Shown: positions 13,034 through 26,380, counted from the first letter of the whole stretch. The stretch: DNA of 63,519 bases, filler included, from Choristocarpus tenellus KU-1152 (GCA_964200185.2; 15 parts of 15 records of this genome joined end to end with filler, not necessarily neighbours in it), one strand, 5' to 3'. Program-made: numbers and translations. The notes: generated by a model from the letters alone, not told the origin.

Positions 13034-13965
13034 GTGCCTTCCCTTCACATTGACACCACCCGCGACATGCTAATGGCACATACGAACTTCTCAATCGACC
13101 GCACACTGTCCGTGCACACTTGCAACCATCGCTCTCTATTTTGCATAAGCCTGCCAATCGACACACTAACCCAAATCTCTAAGTTATCGTTTTCTTCCCC
13201 ATATTAACGTCTGTCGTTTACCAAACAGTTGTTACAGGAACAGGTAGCACATATATGACGTGCACAGTCCCCCCCACTCACAATAATCGGCCTCTATTTG
13301 CCACTGGCGACAGACTCCCCCCTCCCTACCATTGCCAACCCATGCACTAAACACGCAATAGATATCGTTGACCCATTATGTCACATCCGTGCCCCTACCC
13401 TTCTTATCAACACCACGTGCGACGTGCTAATCACACATATGCCGACCACAGACCGTCCGTGCACACTTGCAATCATCGCCCTCTATTTTGAATAAGTTTG
13501 CCAATCGGATAACTCGAGCAAAACTCCAAGTTATTGTTTTCTTTCCCGTATCAATGTCGTCCATGTACCCATCGCTTGTTGCAGGAATAGGTAGCACATG
13601 TGATACATGCATGATCCCCCCCACTCACAATAATCTGCCCCTGTTTGCCACCGGTGACAAACTGCCCCCTCCCGCTCCTTGCTAACCCATACACTAAACG
13701 CACAATAGATATCGTTGATCCATTATGTCATATCTGTGCCTTCCGTTCACGTTGACACCACGCGCAACGTGATAATCGCGCATACGCATTTCTTAATCGA
13801 CTGCACACCATCCGTGCACATTTACAATCATCTTGCCGTCTATTTTTCAGAAGTCTGCCAAGCGTCAAGCTAACCTAAAACTCTAAGTTATTGTTTTCCT
13901 CACATGTTGACATCTGTCATTTACCAAACGCTTGTTCCAGTCCTGAATAGGTAGCATATATGATC
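13034..13965. repeat. Degenerate tandem array, ~350-bp unit, ~2.7 copies
   Basis: Units start at ~13034, ~13389 and ~13736 and share cgcaatagatatcgttgacccattatgtca, ccgtgcacacttgcaa and ggtagcacat. Confidence 0.85.
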
Positions 13966-14073
13966 CCAAAGAAAATGCCATAACATCGATTCGGTCACAG
14001 GACCCCACCTCGGTACCAACAATGACTCGAATACGTACCACCCCTCCCCGTATAGGCACAATCACCACACTCC

Positions 14074-14690
14074 TTATGATTGGACGGACAGGGACGGCAG
14101 ACCGCACAGTAACACGTCTACGAAACTTCTATACATCGACACGTTCCGAACACCAGAGATAGTCCACCTTCCGGCACGGGACAAAACGGCCGACGTGTCC
14201 CAAACCTCGGTGGGATAAAGTCCAGGCACAGGTTCTTCACTGGTCAGCTCACCACTGGAGACTCCCGTACATTGATATACACCGAACTGTCGTGCTACTG
14301 CACGAACTGTTCCATCGGCAACCTGGCCCAATGCAGGTGGCAACTAACCCACGTGCCCCCGCTTAAGGAGATAGACCTCGGATTTTCCACAGAAACAGGA
14401 ACGGGCGATATGCATCTGAGGAGCCAGCTGTCGAGGAAGAAGAGACGGCTCGCTAAGGGGAACATATGTATTGTGCGGACTCAGTCATCGGAGTACAACG
14501 GTATAGAGTTCTTGCCGTTCACTGTCCACGGCAAGGACAAGATTCAATGGAACACCAGGCACCACTCCAGCTACGGAGGGATGTTCAGTGCTGGAGATGA
14601 GGTGGTCTTTGTCACTGAAGACTTCGAGGTGCTTAGTGCTAGCTTTGTCGATGGAGTGCCAACTAATTCGCATGTCACGGACGGACAAGG
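14074..14690 (-). pseudogene. Degenerate intronless ORF (~200 aa, two in-frame stops), function unknown
   Basis: ORFs 14485-14688 and 14074-14343 are in the same frame and are bridged through two stop codons. Confidence 0.35.
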
Positions 14691-14905
14691 TGAGAAACGC
14701 TTCTTATTACAACAATGCTCCACACGAATGAATCCACGCCGTCTATATACAGATGTTGCATATCCCCTGATATCCCCTCATATACTAATAAAATCCTCCC
14801 ATAACATCCAAACCAGTGCTATTTTTTTCTCCTACTCTACAACCGCAATCGTCAACTTTCACGTAATATTTACAAGTTTCATAGGATAAAAAAGCGTTAC
14901 CGATT

Positions 14906-15165
14906 GAGCGAAAGTATCTTAGTTACGAGTTTTGCCCTGTTTTTCCGTTTGAGGTTTGGATTCCCATAGGTTTATTATGGCATTTTAACTACTCCGAAAT
15001 GTTTTGGAGTAGGTTAAATGCATACGCTAAGAAATGGGTGTCCGGAACAAGGATATTGACACCTTCCTAACAAACACAATACCCAAAATTTCATCGAAAT
15101 CACAACATTTGATTTTGGCCCCCAAATGGACACGGCTCTACCCTCTACCTGAGATACTATGACTC
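14906..15165. mobile_element. MITE family A, full length, 3-bp TSD ATT
   Basis: att|GAGCGAAAGTATCTTAG...GAGATACTATGACTC|att. Confidence 0.88.
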
Positions 15166-15260
15166 ATTCCTTCATTTCGCTGTCTAAGTATATCGTCTAT
15201 CCTACATAAAACTCTCCATTCCTCAAAACCAAAACAAACAAGGCCATCACGCGCAAACAT

Positions 15261-16556
15261 ATGCCAATAGTCCCACACACCAACACAGCCCTTGCAACGA
15301 ACACCTTTGTGCGGATGCAGGACGCACAACCGGGTCCCCGCATCGTGCCCCTTCAGGCTATCATCGTCCCGGACTTCACAGACATCCAGACATCCACCAC
15401 AACCACCTGGACAACACATTCACGATCCTGCCTGGTCAATACCAGAGGTTCGCCTCAGAATCCAACCGGCAATACCTCCGTGGGATACCTGCTCTCTTCT
15501 CGAGGCAACTCAGACTTGGGGGACACATCCGACGCCAGGTCCGGCCGAGGAACCAGCTTCATCCTATGCCCGAGTGGAGGTTCTATCGTACAGGGGAAGG
15601 TCAGCGATGTTGACGTGGACGGTTCAGAGCCGTACATTTACTCAGTGTCCTACCTTCCGGACGATGGCGAAAATTCTTTGCCCCCTCATCTGAGGTCGTA
15701 CATGACAGAGGACGAGATCGAGGAGGGTGTCAACCAACTTCGGGAGAAGAACAAGAGGGACAGTGTCGAGGCTGCAGCCCAGTGTGTCAGACAACGCCGC
15801 CGGTCGACGGTTGGCTGCCAGCGGAAGCGTAGGGACATGGAGAAGGATACGGAGAAATATATACTCCTTGAACCGACACTGAGGGCTGTGCCGGATTTAG
15901 ATAAGGGAGAAATACGCAAAGCCGGTGCCGAGGGCAGGGGACTATACTTCAGACGGGACAATCAGAGGATGCGAGGGACCGTGACCAAGTACCAGCTCCA
16001 CTACACGGTGAAAGTTGGAGATGAACGAGTCAGCTACCCCTATGAGGTTAAATGGGAGAATGGCGACTTGCAAAAATATCCAGCTTCTCGTCGAACGCTA
16101 CAGTATAGACCAAGACGCTCCTACACATGCCTGTTTCTGGACAAGTGTCAAAGTATCTTAGAGGGTGGAGCCACGTCCATTTGGAGGAAAGAATCCAATG
16201 TTGCGATTATGATGTAATTTTGGCTATCTTGTTTTTTAGGAAGTGTGCCAATATACTTGTTCCGGATACACCTTTCATAACGTACACATTTTACCTACTC
16301 CGAAATGTTTCAGAGTAGGTAAGATGTCATTTTTTTAAATGCCGTGGGAGGACAAGCCCCAAACGGACAAACAGGGCAAAACTCGTACCCTCTAAGATAT
16401 TTTCACTCCAAGTCCCACTCTGCCCCCATACTGACGAGAGACACGACTTTGAGGAGCTACCTAGGCCAATTCCTGTTCGTGAATCACCCTCTACTTCGCC
16501 AATCAGACACATGCCTCGACAGACATGTTGTGCTGGAGAGGTCGGACGTTCTCTAA
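15261..16556 (+). pseudogene. Intronless ~342-aa ORF with two Tudor/SH3-like modules, interrupted by a MITE at 16145-16408
   Basis: Removing the MITE and one CAA copy joins ORF 15261 in frame (...CLFLDK|SHSAPILTRDT...) to the stop at 16556. VQGKVSDVDVDGSEPYIYSVSY...YMTEDEI and MRGTVTKY...YEVKWENGD resemble Tudor-like beta-barrels (inference). Confidence 0.55.
16145..16408. mobile_element. MITE family A, full length, 3-bp TSD CAA
   Basis: caa|GTGTCAAAGTATCTTAGAGGG...CCCTCTAAGATATTTTCACTC|caa. Confidence 0.9.
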
Positions 16557-17029
16557 ATCAACGGACTTATATATTTGATATCTTGATTTTAATATATCTT
16601 CCTGAAGAGTTTGTGTCTATGTGTCCTCATACGCATGCTTTTATTGGCCCGGTGGCAACCTAGATTTCATCTCAATTAGTGCGTTCTGCCACTATCCTCT
16701 GATACCTTTACTGCTATGCCACAATCCTTCTTCCGCCCCTCTTTGTGTTGATCAGACCACAGAGCAATTGACAAAAACCTTGCTAAAGTGACGTTGACGC
16801 AGAAGCATCTCGTACTCCGTATCACCATCTACAGCACAAGTCGAGATTTTCACGACAGATGACCCCTCTTCCACACCCAATCCTAACGGCGGCAACCATC
16901 CCAGCTCCAAACTTTGAACCCAACGGCAACATCCCTGAGCCATAATCACACGGACTACACCCACTCAAGCGCCAAGCGCAGGTCTTAAAGACATTTTATT
17001 CCAAAATACATCAAAAAAGGACAGTGACT

Positions 17030-17172
17030 GGGTCAAAGTATCTGGGGGGGGGGTGGTTTGTGAGGGGTCCACGATTGAAGACAGCAATTGCTATACTTTT
17101 TTAGCACCTTGTCGGGGCTGAAACGGACGCCCCCTCACTAACCACCCCCCCCCAAAAAAAATACTTTGACCC
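17030..17172. mobile_element. MITE family C (143 bp, ~40-bp TIRs)
   Basis: GGGTCAAAGTATCT-polyG-TGGTTTGTGAGGGG ... CCCCTCACTAACCA-polyC-...ATACTTTGACCC; no clear TSD. Confidence 0.85.
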
Positions 17173-17334
17173 AAGTAGGTTGCGCGTTGACCATAGGGTC
17201 NNNNNNNNNNNNNNNNNNNNNNNNNNNNNNNNNNNNNNNNNNNNTTAATTAATTAANNNNNNNNNNNNNNNNNNNNNNNNNNNNNNNNNNNNNNNNNNNN
17301 CTGGTACGCTACAGCGCCGGAGTGAGGGGGCAGG

Positions 17335-17493
17335 CGGGGAAAGATCTACACCAGGGTGTTCATTTGAACCTAAATCAGGAAACGTGTATTTTCATTATCC
17401 ATCGGACGTATGCAGTCAAATAACAAAAAATCGCGACATGAAAAAATTGACCCCAAACGGACAGCTGCCACCCCCCTTCAGATAATTTAAGTC
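17335..17493. mobile_element. MITE family B, degenerate
   Basis: gatctacaccagggtg...cgcgacatgaaaaaattgaccccaaacggacag...cagataatttaagtc. Confidence 0.8.
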
Positions 17494-18304
17494 AATTTGG
17501 CTGTGGGACCCATGTGGCATCCCAAGGTGATACAAAAGGTCATTCTCCTTCTGAAAGAGTAAATTTTTCGTGATACAAGTAGCTCTCCCATATGTGTGTC
17601 CTATTTCCGACACATCCCCCTCCATGCCTCTTGCTGCAATGCCAAGTGCATGCAACCATGTAGTGTATAGGGACGAGTTGGCAAAGGACAGGCAAGCATG
17701 ATCTCTAAGGAGGTTGAACCTTCTGTCTGGGGGGAGGTTTAATCAATATTCAAGCAGTGTGAGCGGGGGCCATTTCACAGTGAGACCTGTGATCCCTGTT
17801 ACCCTCCAGAATATGCATTAATAGGCCACATCCCTTTTACCTTACAGAAGTGAGAGTCATGGCTATAATGAGTGCCCTGGCCAGATATATGACCAAAGCA
17901 TGCTTAAGGTACATTTGATTCTTTCAAACCATCTTAAATGTTTGGGTGGGTTTCAGAAAGTTCAACTTTTCCCGGGTTGGATGCTTTTCTAGCCCTCTCA
18001 ATTATGAGGGTATTTGACCTAAAATATCAAGTAAAGTTCAATGAGTTCAGTGTGTAATTTTTATGCCTCTCTTTTGGACAAGAAACTGCTCAATTCGGTT
18101 GTTTAAAATAATGCCACAGCACTTGCAGACAACATGGCCACATCATCATTAGGGACCGATAGGCCAAGTGGGTAGATGACTTGTTGTTGAGTGCCTGGGC
18201 AGTAGGTGTGTTACTGTGCGGGGAATTCTTCACTACAACAATGCAATGTAAACCACACAAAGCCTCGAAGAAAGTTGATGACTCCTGTCAAGTCAAATAA
18301 CCAA

Positions 18305-18349
18305 GGGTCAATAACGGACGCCGGCACCCCCCACCAGATACTTTGACCC
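18305..18349. mobile_element. 45-bp minimal MITE derivative, 3-bp TSD CAA
   Basis: caa|GGGTCAATAACGGACGCCGGCACCCCCCACCAGATACTTTGACCC|caa; its right end is the reverse complement of the end at 39890. Confidence 0.7.
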
Positions 18350-20385
18350 CAAGTGCAGTAGTGCCAGGTAATACTTGAGTAAGTCATGGAGTATGCCTGG
18401 ATATCCTGATACCGATTGACTTCAATTACCCACTCAAATCACAACTTTGTTGACCAAATTATATCTAGTGTTCGTTTCAGAGAGTAGTCTCCATTTTGAA
18501 AACTATTTTCTGTTTCATCTATCACACCATTTTTCACCTTTACCAGAGGTCAAAGGACATGTTGCATGTTTCTGATCAAGGAATTTGTAAGTCTATATTC
18601 CTTACATGAAGTAAAAGGTTTGCCTCCTGTGGCAAGTCAACTGAGATTGTGCATTGTCTCCTGCTGCTCACTCTACTCTTCTTTGCTTGATGCAGAGGAG
18701 CTACATAGGTTTAGACTTGTAAGGTAGGCACACACCTGAAAAGTGCCGCCTAGACTCTTGGTGTAAGGAGTGGGAGAGTCTAGTAGAGGCTAGGTCTTGC
18801 GTATGAAATATGCACAGGAAACTGAGTGGCACTTGATATGTCCTTTACCTCTCAAAGAAAAACTCCAAAGAAGCCTTCACAGATCTCAGCTGGCAGATCC
18901 GAAACCATGACCAATAATTAAATATGTAGTGAGTTGTGGATAGTGGCACCTTGTGATCAATATATGGTTCTGTGACCTCTGACAAGTTCATTAGTCACAC
19001 TCCTCTGATTGTAATGTGATCAAAAAGAACAAATGGCCAAACATTTTCAGTTCAGTTATTCAATTATTCCAAAGAATCAAACTGAGACAATTGAACTGTC
19101 AAGATTAACAATACTACAAACACCCAACCACCTGACCTGGGACTACTCTGTGATAGGTATTTCCATGTGTATGATGTGTGGCCACACTCCTCCATGATAG
19201 ACGCTTGCTAGGGGAGAGCCCCCGCCTTGCCACCCGTCCACACCTTGAAATGTATTAAAATATGCCCCCTTCACTTCCAACTTGTCTGTCTGTGGCCCCC
19301 CTTGGCTAGATGCAAATGTCCACTTTTAGTTGATCTTTAATTATGCAGCTCTGACTAAGACATTCTTCCTGTGTGACCCTTGATTTTGTTTAACCAATCG
19401 GCTTTGCACATTCATATTCCCCAAGCTCCCTCCATCTCATCCTTCTCAAGCCTGCTATGAGCTGCTTTGTTTTATGCCAAGTGATGTCTGGATACATCAT
19501 CCCTCAGATGAAGACATGTAGACTCTAAGTTGATGGCAGCTCCACCTGCAGTGTTTTTGGTCTTGCTATTTCAGTGTATTTGGGAGTATCATGGAGATAT
19601 TGAAGCTATGGTTACTGGGCAGTGTTACATTCCAGTCGGAGCTTGTCAACATCAAGTGTTTCTACATCCTATGAGGCAAACAAGAGAAGGTCAGCAGGTA
19701 GATCCACCATGGACTTTAGGCATTTTGTTGGACATGTGCATTGCTGCGGGTGTTGCTATATCTCTCCCTTCAATGCTTGAGGGTTGTCTCAATGTTCGAG
19801 TATATATGTACATGATAAATGGCGACACTCGTGTAGAATATGTGATGTAAATGTTATTCAGGAGTGGTCAGGTGCAATAAAGTTCAAGAGACCACCTCAC
19901 TTGTTACCTGGTGCCTACCTAGACACTGACCCTTTGACTTTTATGAATCACTCTGGTCCTGGGTATCCCATGCCCTTTGGTGTGCCCGGTGTAGTGGCAT
20001 TTTGGTGGTGACGGACAAGAGGAAATAAAATTGACTGGGATCATTTTTTTTCCTCAGTAACATTATCTTTGACGTGTCCTGAGAATTAGCGATTGAATGC
20101 TTGTACATGCATGAGTTGTATGCACTTCATTCCCCAGCATACAACATATGATGACTTAGTATTGTTTGGGCTGTGCCTTCCATCACTCTGGTGCAAAGGT
20201 CATTACAGGGTAGTTCACACACACGACTTCCTGTGTTGCTAAATTTACAGGTCGGGGATCTGGCGCCTGCTATTTTTTTTTCAGCATATGAACACTACGT
20301 GACTTCAAGGAGATTCAGATAACAGAATGATAACAAGAGGCCTTGAGGCACCATAGTCAACAGTGTATCAAAAGTAAGTAGTACT

Positions 20386-20649
20386 GAGTTGAAGTAAATG
20401 AGAGATACCCCGTTTTTGGTCGATTTGCATTTGAAGTGTTTATTCTAATATTTTGCAATTCACCGATATTTTTTTGGATGGACTTTTCAAGTTTGACTTG
20501 AGAGTGATTATTTCTCTGTTGCTCGAAACTATTCCGACCCAAGTCGGAAATTATTCTGAACACATTCGCAGAAAAAAGAAGTCGAATTTCCACATTTATG
20601 TCAACATCCTTAAAATGCAACTCTGGGTTCCTTTCATTTGCTTTGACTC
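20386..20649. mobile_element. MITE family E, full length, 3-bp TSD ACT
   Basis: act|GAGTTGAAGTAAATGAGAGATACCC...GGGTTCCTTTCATTTGCTTTGACTC|act. Confidence 0.85.
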
Positions 20650-20938
20650 ACTTGGGTACATGCTGTGTAGTGTACTATTCACTCTAGGGTATTTAATACG
20701 TACCTGTTTCTCTTCTTGGCCTTGTGGGTATTTTGTTTATGTATACCCATCATGAGAAATATTGGTCTTGATGTTGTAGCTACTTGTACCATTACATACC
20801 CCTCGCACAGTAGGAAATAAGGTGGTGTGAGTTGTAGTGACTGAATTGCTACAACCGATTATATCGCAATCAAAACTCCAAACCGATTCGTAGACTTGAA
20901 TTGATTCTCTTCCACACTTAAAGTTTTCTGCTGTTAAC

Positions 20939-21056
20939 AGCCGATTTCAAAAATTGAGGATGGGCTTGACCCAAAATTGACTGGGATAAAGTGTCAATAT
21001 GTATTTTTTTAAAAATGACAATACAAAAGCTCCATCCTCAATTTTTGAAATCGGCT
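20939..21056. mobile_element. Small inverted-repeat element from an unrelated MITE-like family
   Basis: ~30-bp inverted repeat AGCCGATTTCAAAAATTGAGGATGG...CCATCCTCAATTTTTGAAATCGGCT; a related end is at ~26540-26565. Confidence 0.7.
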
Positions 21057-23462
21057 TTTTGTTGGAGTTCCTCAACACCCAGTGCTTTGCATGCCCCATT
21101 TTGTGCACTGTGTGTGTATTTTAATTTCATTTGCTAAGAGCACTACTACATAAATTTCTTTCGAGTTGATGAAACTCCTAAAAACCCAGAAAATATCCTT
21201 TTGATTCAAAGCCAATATTACGTGATTGGTGAATTAGAACTACTTTTCTGATGCTCAGCCAAAGTGGCTTGCACCTGTGGTACTCAGCATGTAGTAAATC
21301 ACCATTCCATAATTCTAAATAGAAAGAGGACTGAGGACTAAGAAAGCTCATAGTAATGCCAGGAAATGCCGATCAGGTACAATATTGTTATTAACACATT
21401 CCTTATCTAGAGTTAGATGAAGGTGAGTAATCTGTGATCACGAAAAATGGGTGAGCGTGTACCTGCACTTCCCTCTTCCGAGTAATGAATTCATCACCAC
21501 ACTTACAGATCGAACCTCAGATTCCATTCACATCAATTCACACCATCATTTCATTTGAAGACATGAACCTGCAATTTTTACCCTCACCTCAATGAATTCA
21601 TGGTTTCTCGCAGAACCTGCTCAAAAACAGCCCCAACTGAAAGTTGAGGAAAAATATTAGAAATAGATAACCTTAAAAAAGAATGAACACAAAGCCTGCC
21701 GTATTCCAGAATCCCGCACCTCCCTGCACACCGACAAATTATAAAATATATTGAATCTAAGGTGCTGTAGTTTGACCTTAATGAGAGGACAGTATACACA
21801 CATGCAGTGAACAGGATTGGACAGAAATCTGGTTTCCACATACATATTCTCGTAGGGATCCTGCAAAAAACCAGCAAAGATTATCCTACTCTTTCAATGA
21901 AATATGACTTCATACACCTGTTCTATGCTGCCTGCTGCAAACTCACAAGAAACGGCTTCCCAGTGCAGTGTTTCTTCAACATACACTCACTGGTCAAACC
22001 GAATTTGGACAGAGTTAAGTATAAAATAATATAATATATACATGTAGCATGGACTGTAGCTGTTGAGCTGAGTAACCCTAATTTCCACACCTACAAGATT
22101 CAATACAATCACGCCTTGTTGATTCAAGAGCGGAAAAAACTACTCCACATCATTTCCTTGTCCTACACAAAGTACATACAGATATTCTGCACCAAGTAGA
22201 GCACTACAGAGTGGGACATGCCTACATACCTCACCACACATGTACACCAACCCACCCCCACCCCTACCAAATAGCTCCAAAGTACACTCTCTGCACGCCT
22301 TGCAAACTCTTGGAGAAGGGCAACCAGTGTGGTCCAAAATCGTTAAGAGAACGTACCCTTTTTGGAGCAACTAGGTAAATAAGCAAAAGCAATGTCACAC
22401 TGGGCCAGGAACACATCTCAAACTTTTCCGGTCAAGGCTTGTCCACCCAACTACAAAAATTCCTACCCTACACAGTCATCAAGACTCCACAATGACAGTC
22501 CGTGCTGGATCAACACTGTAGTGTGTATGGCATAGTCCTTGCTCAATCCGTTTGTACAAGCAGTCACACTCCTACTACACGAATACTGCAGATGAAACAA
22601 TAATTACAATTACAACTGGCAACTACTAGCGTTTGACTAACCCTAACCCTAACCCCAACTATTACACGTATTAAAAAAATATAAATCAAGCGATGGGGTG
22701 CCAGAGGTCCGGTCCTCATCACCTCCACCTCTCGGTCCCTCTTTTTCAAAATACTGATGATTTTGAATCCTCCCTTAGGATTCTTTTCTTCTCCACAGCA
22801 TCGTGCAAAGGTCAACTGCTCTTCTTCTCCAGAGGGGGTGGAGCACCTTGTCAGATCTGTGTATATCCCACCGAACCATACTCCAAGGCAATGCCCATGA
22901 ATTTGCACAGGTCAGCCTTGCTCGAGTATTCTGGTATGGAGATTCGCCTGTCACTGAGGCAGAAAGCAAAGATTAAACACTGTGAGCAATGTTTTATAGC
23001 CCTCTATCAAACCATCCATACATTTATCCCTAACATTACTTGGGGGTAATGGTGGGAAGACCAACAAGACAGGGGAGGGGGCATTCTCAAATACAAAACA
23101 CCCGATACATTTGAGTTGAGTTAATTAATGCAGGTTTCCTAAATAGTAGGCATGCGGGCAGCAGCAACAAAAAAAGAAGCCATTTCAATCTCCAGCTTAT
23201 CGTACCAAAACCAAAAGTTCAATGTTCAACCTCAAAAATACACAAGACGATATGTTGAACATCTGTAAATCATACATGACTTGGACTTAGAGTCCCCCCC
23301 CCCCCCCTATTCTGTTGTACGTACCAGGTTGTAACCTTGGGACATAATCCTCCACATTGAAGNNNNNNNNNNNNNNNNNNNNNNNNNNNNNNNNNNNNNN
23401 NNNNNNTTAATTAATTAANNNNNNNNNNNNNNNNNNNNNNNNNNNNNNNNNNNNNNNNNNNN

Positions 23463-23616
23463 GGGTGGCTGTCCATTTGCGGTCGATTTTTTCATGTCGC
23501 GATATTTGGGTGATTTGGTTGCATACGTCAGATGGATACTGTAAATGCACTTTTCCTGGTTTTGGTCCAAATGGACACCCTGGTGTAGACCCTCCCCCCC
23601 CCAGATAGTTTGGGTC
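23463..23616. mobile_element. MITE family B, cut by the contig start
   Basis: Family B internal sequence ending CCCAGATAGTTTGGGTC. Confidence 0.85.
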
Positions 23617-23877
23617 CTCTGAGTAGTTTATTGTGTAAATAGTCGGGGGAGATAGTTCTGATTTGCTCGATGTCCATTGATTGCTGACATTTCGAAACGA
23701 AACCGTCAAACCTCGTAAAGGTACGACGAAACCAGGCGAAACCGTGGAATTGTATTCCTTTCTTCATTGCATCAACTGTAGAAAAATTAGGACATTTTCA
23801 CTCCCTTCGCTCTTCACCTTAGTTTGTTTAGGTGCTTGCGTCACCAGCCTGCTGAGAGCCTTCAAGGGTTTACAATT

Positions 23878-25043
23878 ATGAGCAGCTTGGAAAACATCCA
23901 CAACATGGTACCACGCTTGCCAGAAGTACCGACCAAGCCTGTCATGTATCGATCTTTGCACTTGCACCAACTTGATCTCGCAGGCTCCACATTCGGTGAG
24001 ACTTACTGTGTAGGGTCGCTCAAGTTGGAATTATTGAGTTGGCTCTATCCTTGTCTTTCATCCTCATACCTCTCTCAGTCCACAATTTCCCAAGGCATTG
24101 CAATAACATCACCGCAACTTCTTCACCATTTAAGGTGCATATGGAACAACCCAACCTTTGGGTGCTGCCTCCCTGAAAAAGCAGGAGTACGCCACAATGG
24201 GGAGGCTGGCGGAGTACCATCGAAAGGATCCCTCCCAATTCTTGAAGAGAGACAAGTGTGCCAAGAAAAAAACTGGCAGCTTCACCTACCCGAAGGAAAG
24301 GTAGGAAGGGGAGATTTGTGGTCAGAGGTGGGTGAGTGAAGCACTGGATAGTATGGCACTGATATATATATATATATATATGCCACCTCAGGTATACTGT
24401 GGAGTTAGTTGTCAGCCAAAAATGAACTTATCATTTTCTCCTGTGAACATCAAGGTATACGCCATTTGGTATCCCAAGGCACCTTACCATATAAGAATTT
24501 ACTCCTGACAACTCTTGGGCTCTGGGAGAAAAGCATTCCAAAACCTTCAGCGGATGTGACGAATATAGCCCTCCTCAATCATTGAAAACCGGTACGTAAT
24601 TTCCTACAGTTAGGCATATACATGCCCCGAGTGTACATACAGTAAAGAATTGCGGTCAAACGCATCATACGGTAGTGAATGAGGCACAATGAAGAGGAAT
24701 ATTATTCTAGTACCACAACCACAAGGAATTGTGCCAAATCTTTGGGGGTTTTGTACTGCTTTTCACAACTCACCATCAAATCTACATCCCAATTTTTCTG
24801 ATCACAATCAATGGGCCCCAGCAGCTCTCACTTGCTCTGCTTGACACTGCTATTTGCTTGATCAGGAAGGAAACAGTACCGCGTCGGGAAGAACGCCCGG
24901 TCTCTGGGATTGCAACCAACAAGAACTTTATCACCTCCAATGCCGTTGAGGCAATCCTTGCGGTTCCCAATCGTAAAGAGAATCTCGAAGTGGACTATCT
25001 TCGTAAGGAAGACTATGGGATGGTCCCTAAGTACCTCACACAG
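23878..25043 (+). CDS. ENKUR: Enkurin (flagellar microtubule inner protein), exons 1-3 (23878-23995, 24135-24300, 24866-25043); 3' part not in this contig
   Basis: GT-AG introns in compatible phases. Product MSSLENIHNMVPRLPEVPTKPVMYRS...KDPSQFLK...VPRREERPV...KNFITSNAVEAILAVP...DYLRKEDYGMVPKYL matches enkurin family motifs. Confidence 0.85.
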
Positions 25044-26082
25044 GTAAGAGTGGCTTAAGTCTTACCGGAGTAGTTTCCCTTCAACAGTTTCAACATATAT
25101 CGTCTCAAGCTAAAGTTAAATCGAACCCCCATTGACGTTCTCCAACTTCTTCCTCCCACTCTTTTGACAAGTTCTTACAGTGCAAGTCTTTTTCATTTGC
25201 CCATTACCACCCGTAGATGACTTGAATGTGCATAGAAATTATAGCCTCAGGATGACCAGAAAGGGTAGCCTTATGACAGAAGGAAACCCAGAAGCTAGTA
25301 GACGCTCAACTAAGGCATGCCTTCATGGACAACTACAAAATTCTTTGTGGACGAGGTCTTGCCAGACCAAACCCAGGAAGACAACGGGATGTCACAATTA
25401 AGCAAGATCAGGATGCAACCTCAAGCATTAAGCCAGTTGATGAGGAAGAATTTTCTTGCAAGAAACAACTGTATCAACAGTACCCACTCCCTTAGATGCA
25501 CACCTTCAGTGGATAGTCTACCCTCCTTCATGGTCATCACAATACTTCCAATTCTTGCTGACTTCCTAGGTGAAGGATGAAATAGCTCGGGAGAACAACA
25601 TGATCAACACCTTTGTTCGAGAGCAAATGGGTCTAAAGGTTTGTGGTGGTGTGCTCATGGGCAAGGGTCATACCATATAATGGTAGATGTTGAAAAAACA
25701 AAAATGAATATGTGCCAAAATATCCTGAGAGATCTTGCATACCTGAAAACAACCCCAAATGTTCAAAACATATGCTGCTATTGTATTGTGATTAAAGCAC
25801 TCAATCATTCGACCTTGTATCCAGTTGAAGTGTGCTCCGATTGAGTGTGGCGGTGAGACTGTAGCCAGGTCACCTCATGCCTAGAAATTGCTTAAGTTGT
25901 AGCATGTAACACAGTACCCAAGATTGAGTGTATTGTGGCTAGGTGGCGATATTAATAAACAGACAGGGGTTCATCAGTTGGAACATTTAATTTGTAAAAA
26001 TGAAGGATTCTGAGGTGGGTGGATATTTGTGCTGTTCACTGTAGTACAGAGTGGTGAGGGTGCAGAAATGTGGTAGAGTTGA

Positions 26083-26380
26083 GACCCAAAGCGTTTAAGA
26101 GGGTAGGGCTGCATCCGTTTGGGGTCATAAATCCAATGTTGCGATTTTGATGAATTTTGGTTTTCATGCTTGTTAGAAAGTGTCAATATCCTTGCTCCGG
26201 ACAAGGCTCAAAGTATCTGGGGGGGGTGGCGGCTGTCCATTTGGGGTCAATTTTCTCATGTCGCGATTTTTGGGTGATTTGGTTGCGTACGTCGGATGGA
26301 TAATATATATACACTATTCCTGATTTTAGCCCAAATGGACAACCTGGTATAGATCCCCCCCCCCCAGATACGTTGAGATC
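26083..26380. mobile_element. Partial MITE A joined at 26205 to a full MITE B
   Basis: A-type sequence runs to cttgctccggacaa, then GGCTCAAAGTATCTGGGG...CCCAGATACGTTGAGATC. Confidence 0.8.

Noticed and set aside
13034-13965. Retrozyme-like ~350-bp tandem repeat
   Set aside because: No CTGANGA...GAAA hammerhead core was found on either strand by eye.
19530-20250. SET-like FMNHS motif or transposase relic
   Set aside because: An isolated short motif in stop-riddled frames with no supporting domain context.
22638-22656. CCCTAA/TTAGGG doublets (also ~8977, 28820, 31067, 31478) as interstitial telomeres
   Set aside because: Only 2-3 units each, too short to support.
21587-22860. Possible minus-strand exons (for example LTRCSTPSGEEEQLTFARCC..., GAVFEQVLRETMNSLR)
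   Set aside because: Some splice signals are present, but no consistent gene model or recognisable homology could be built.
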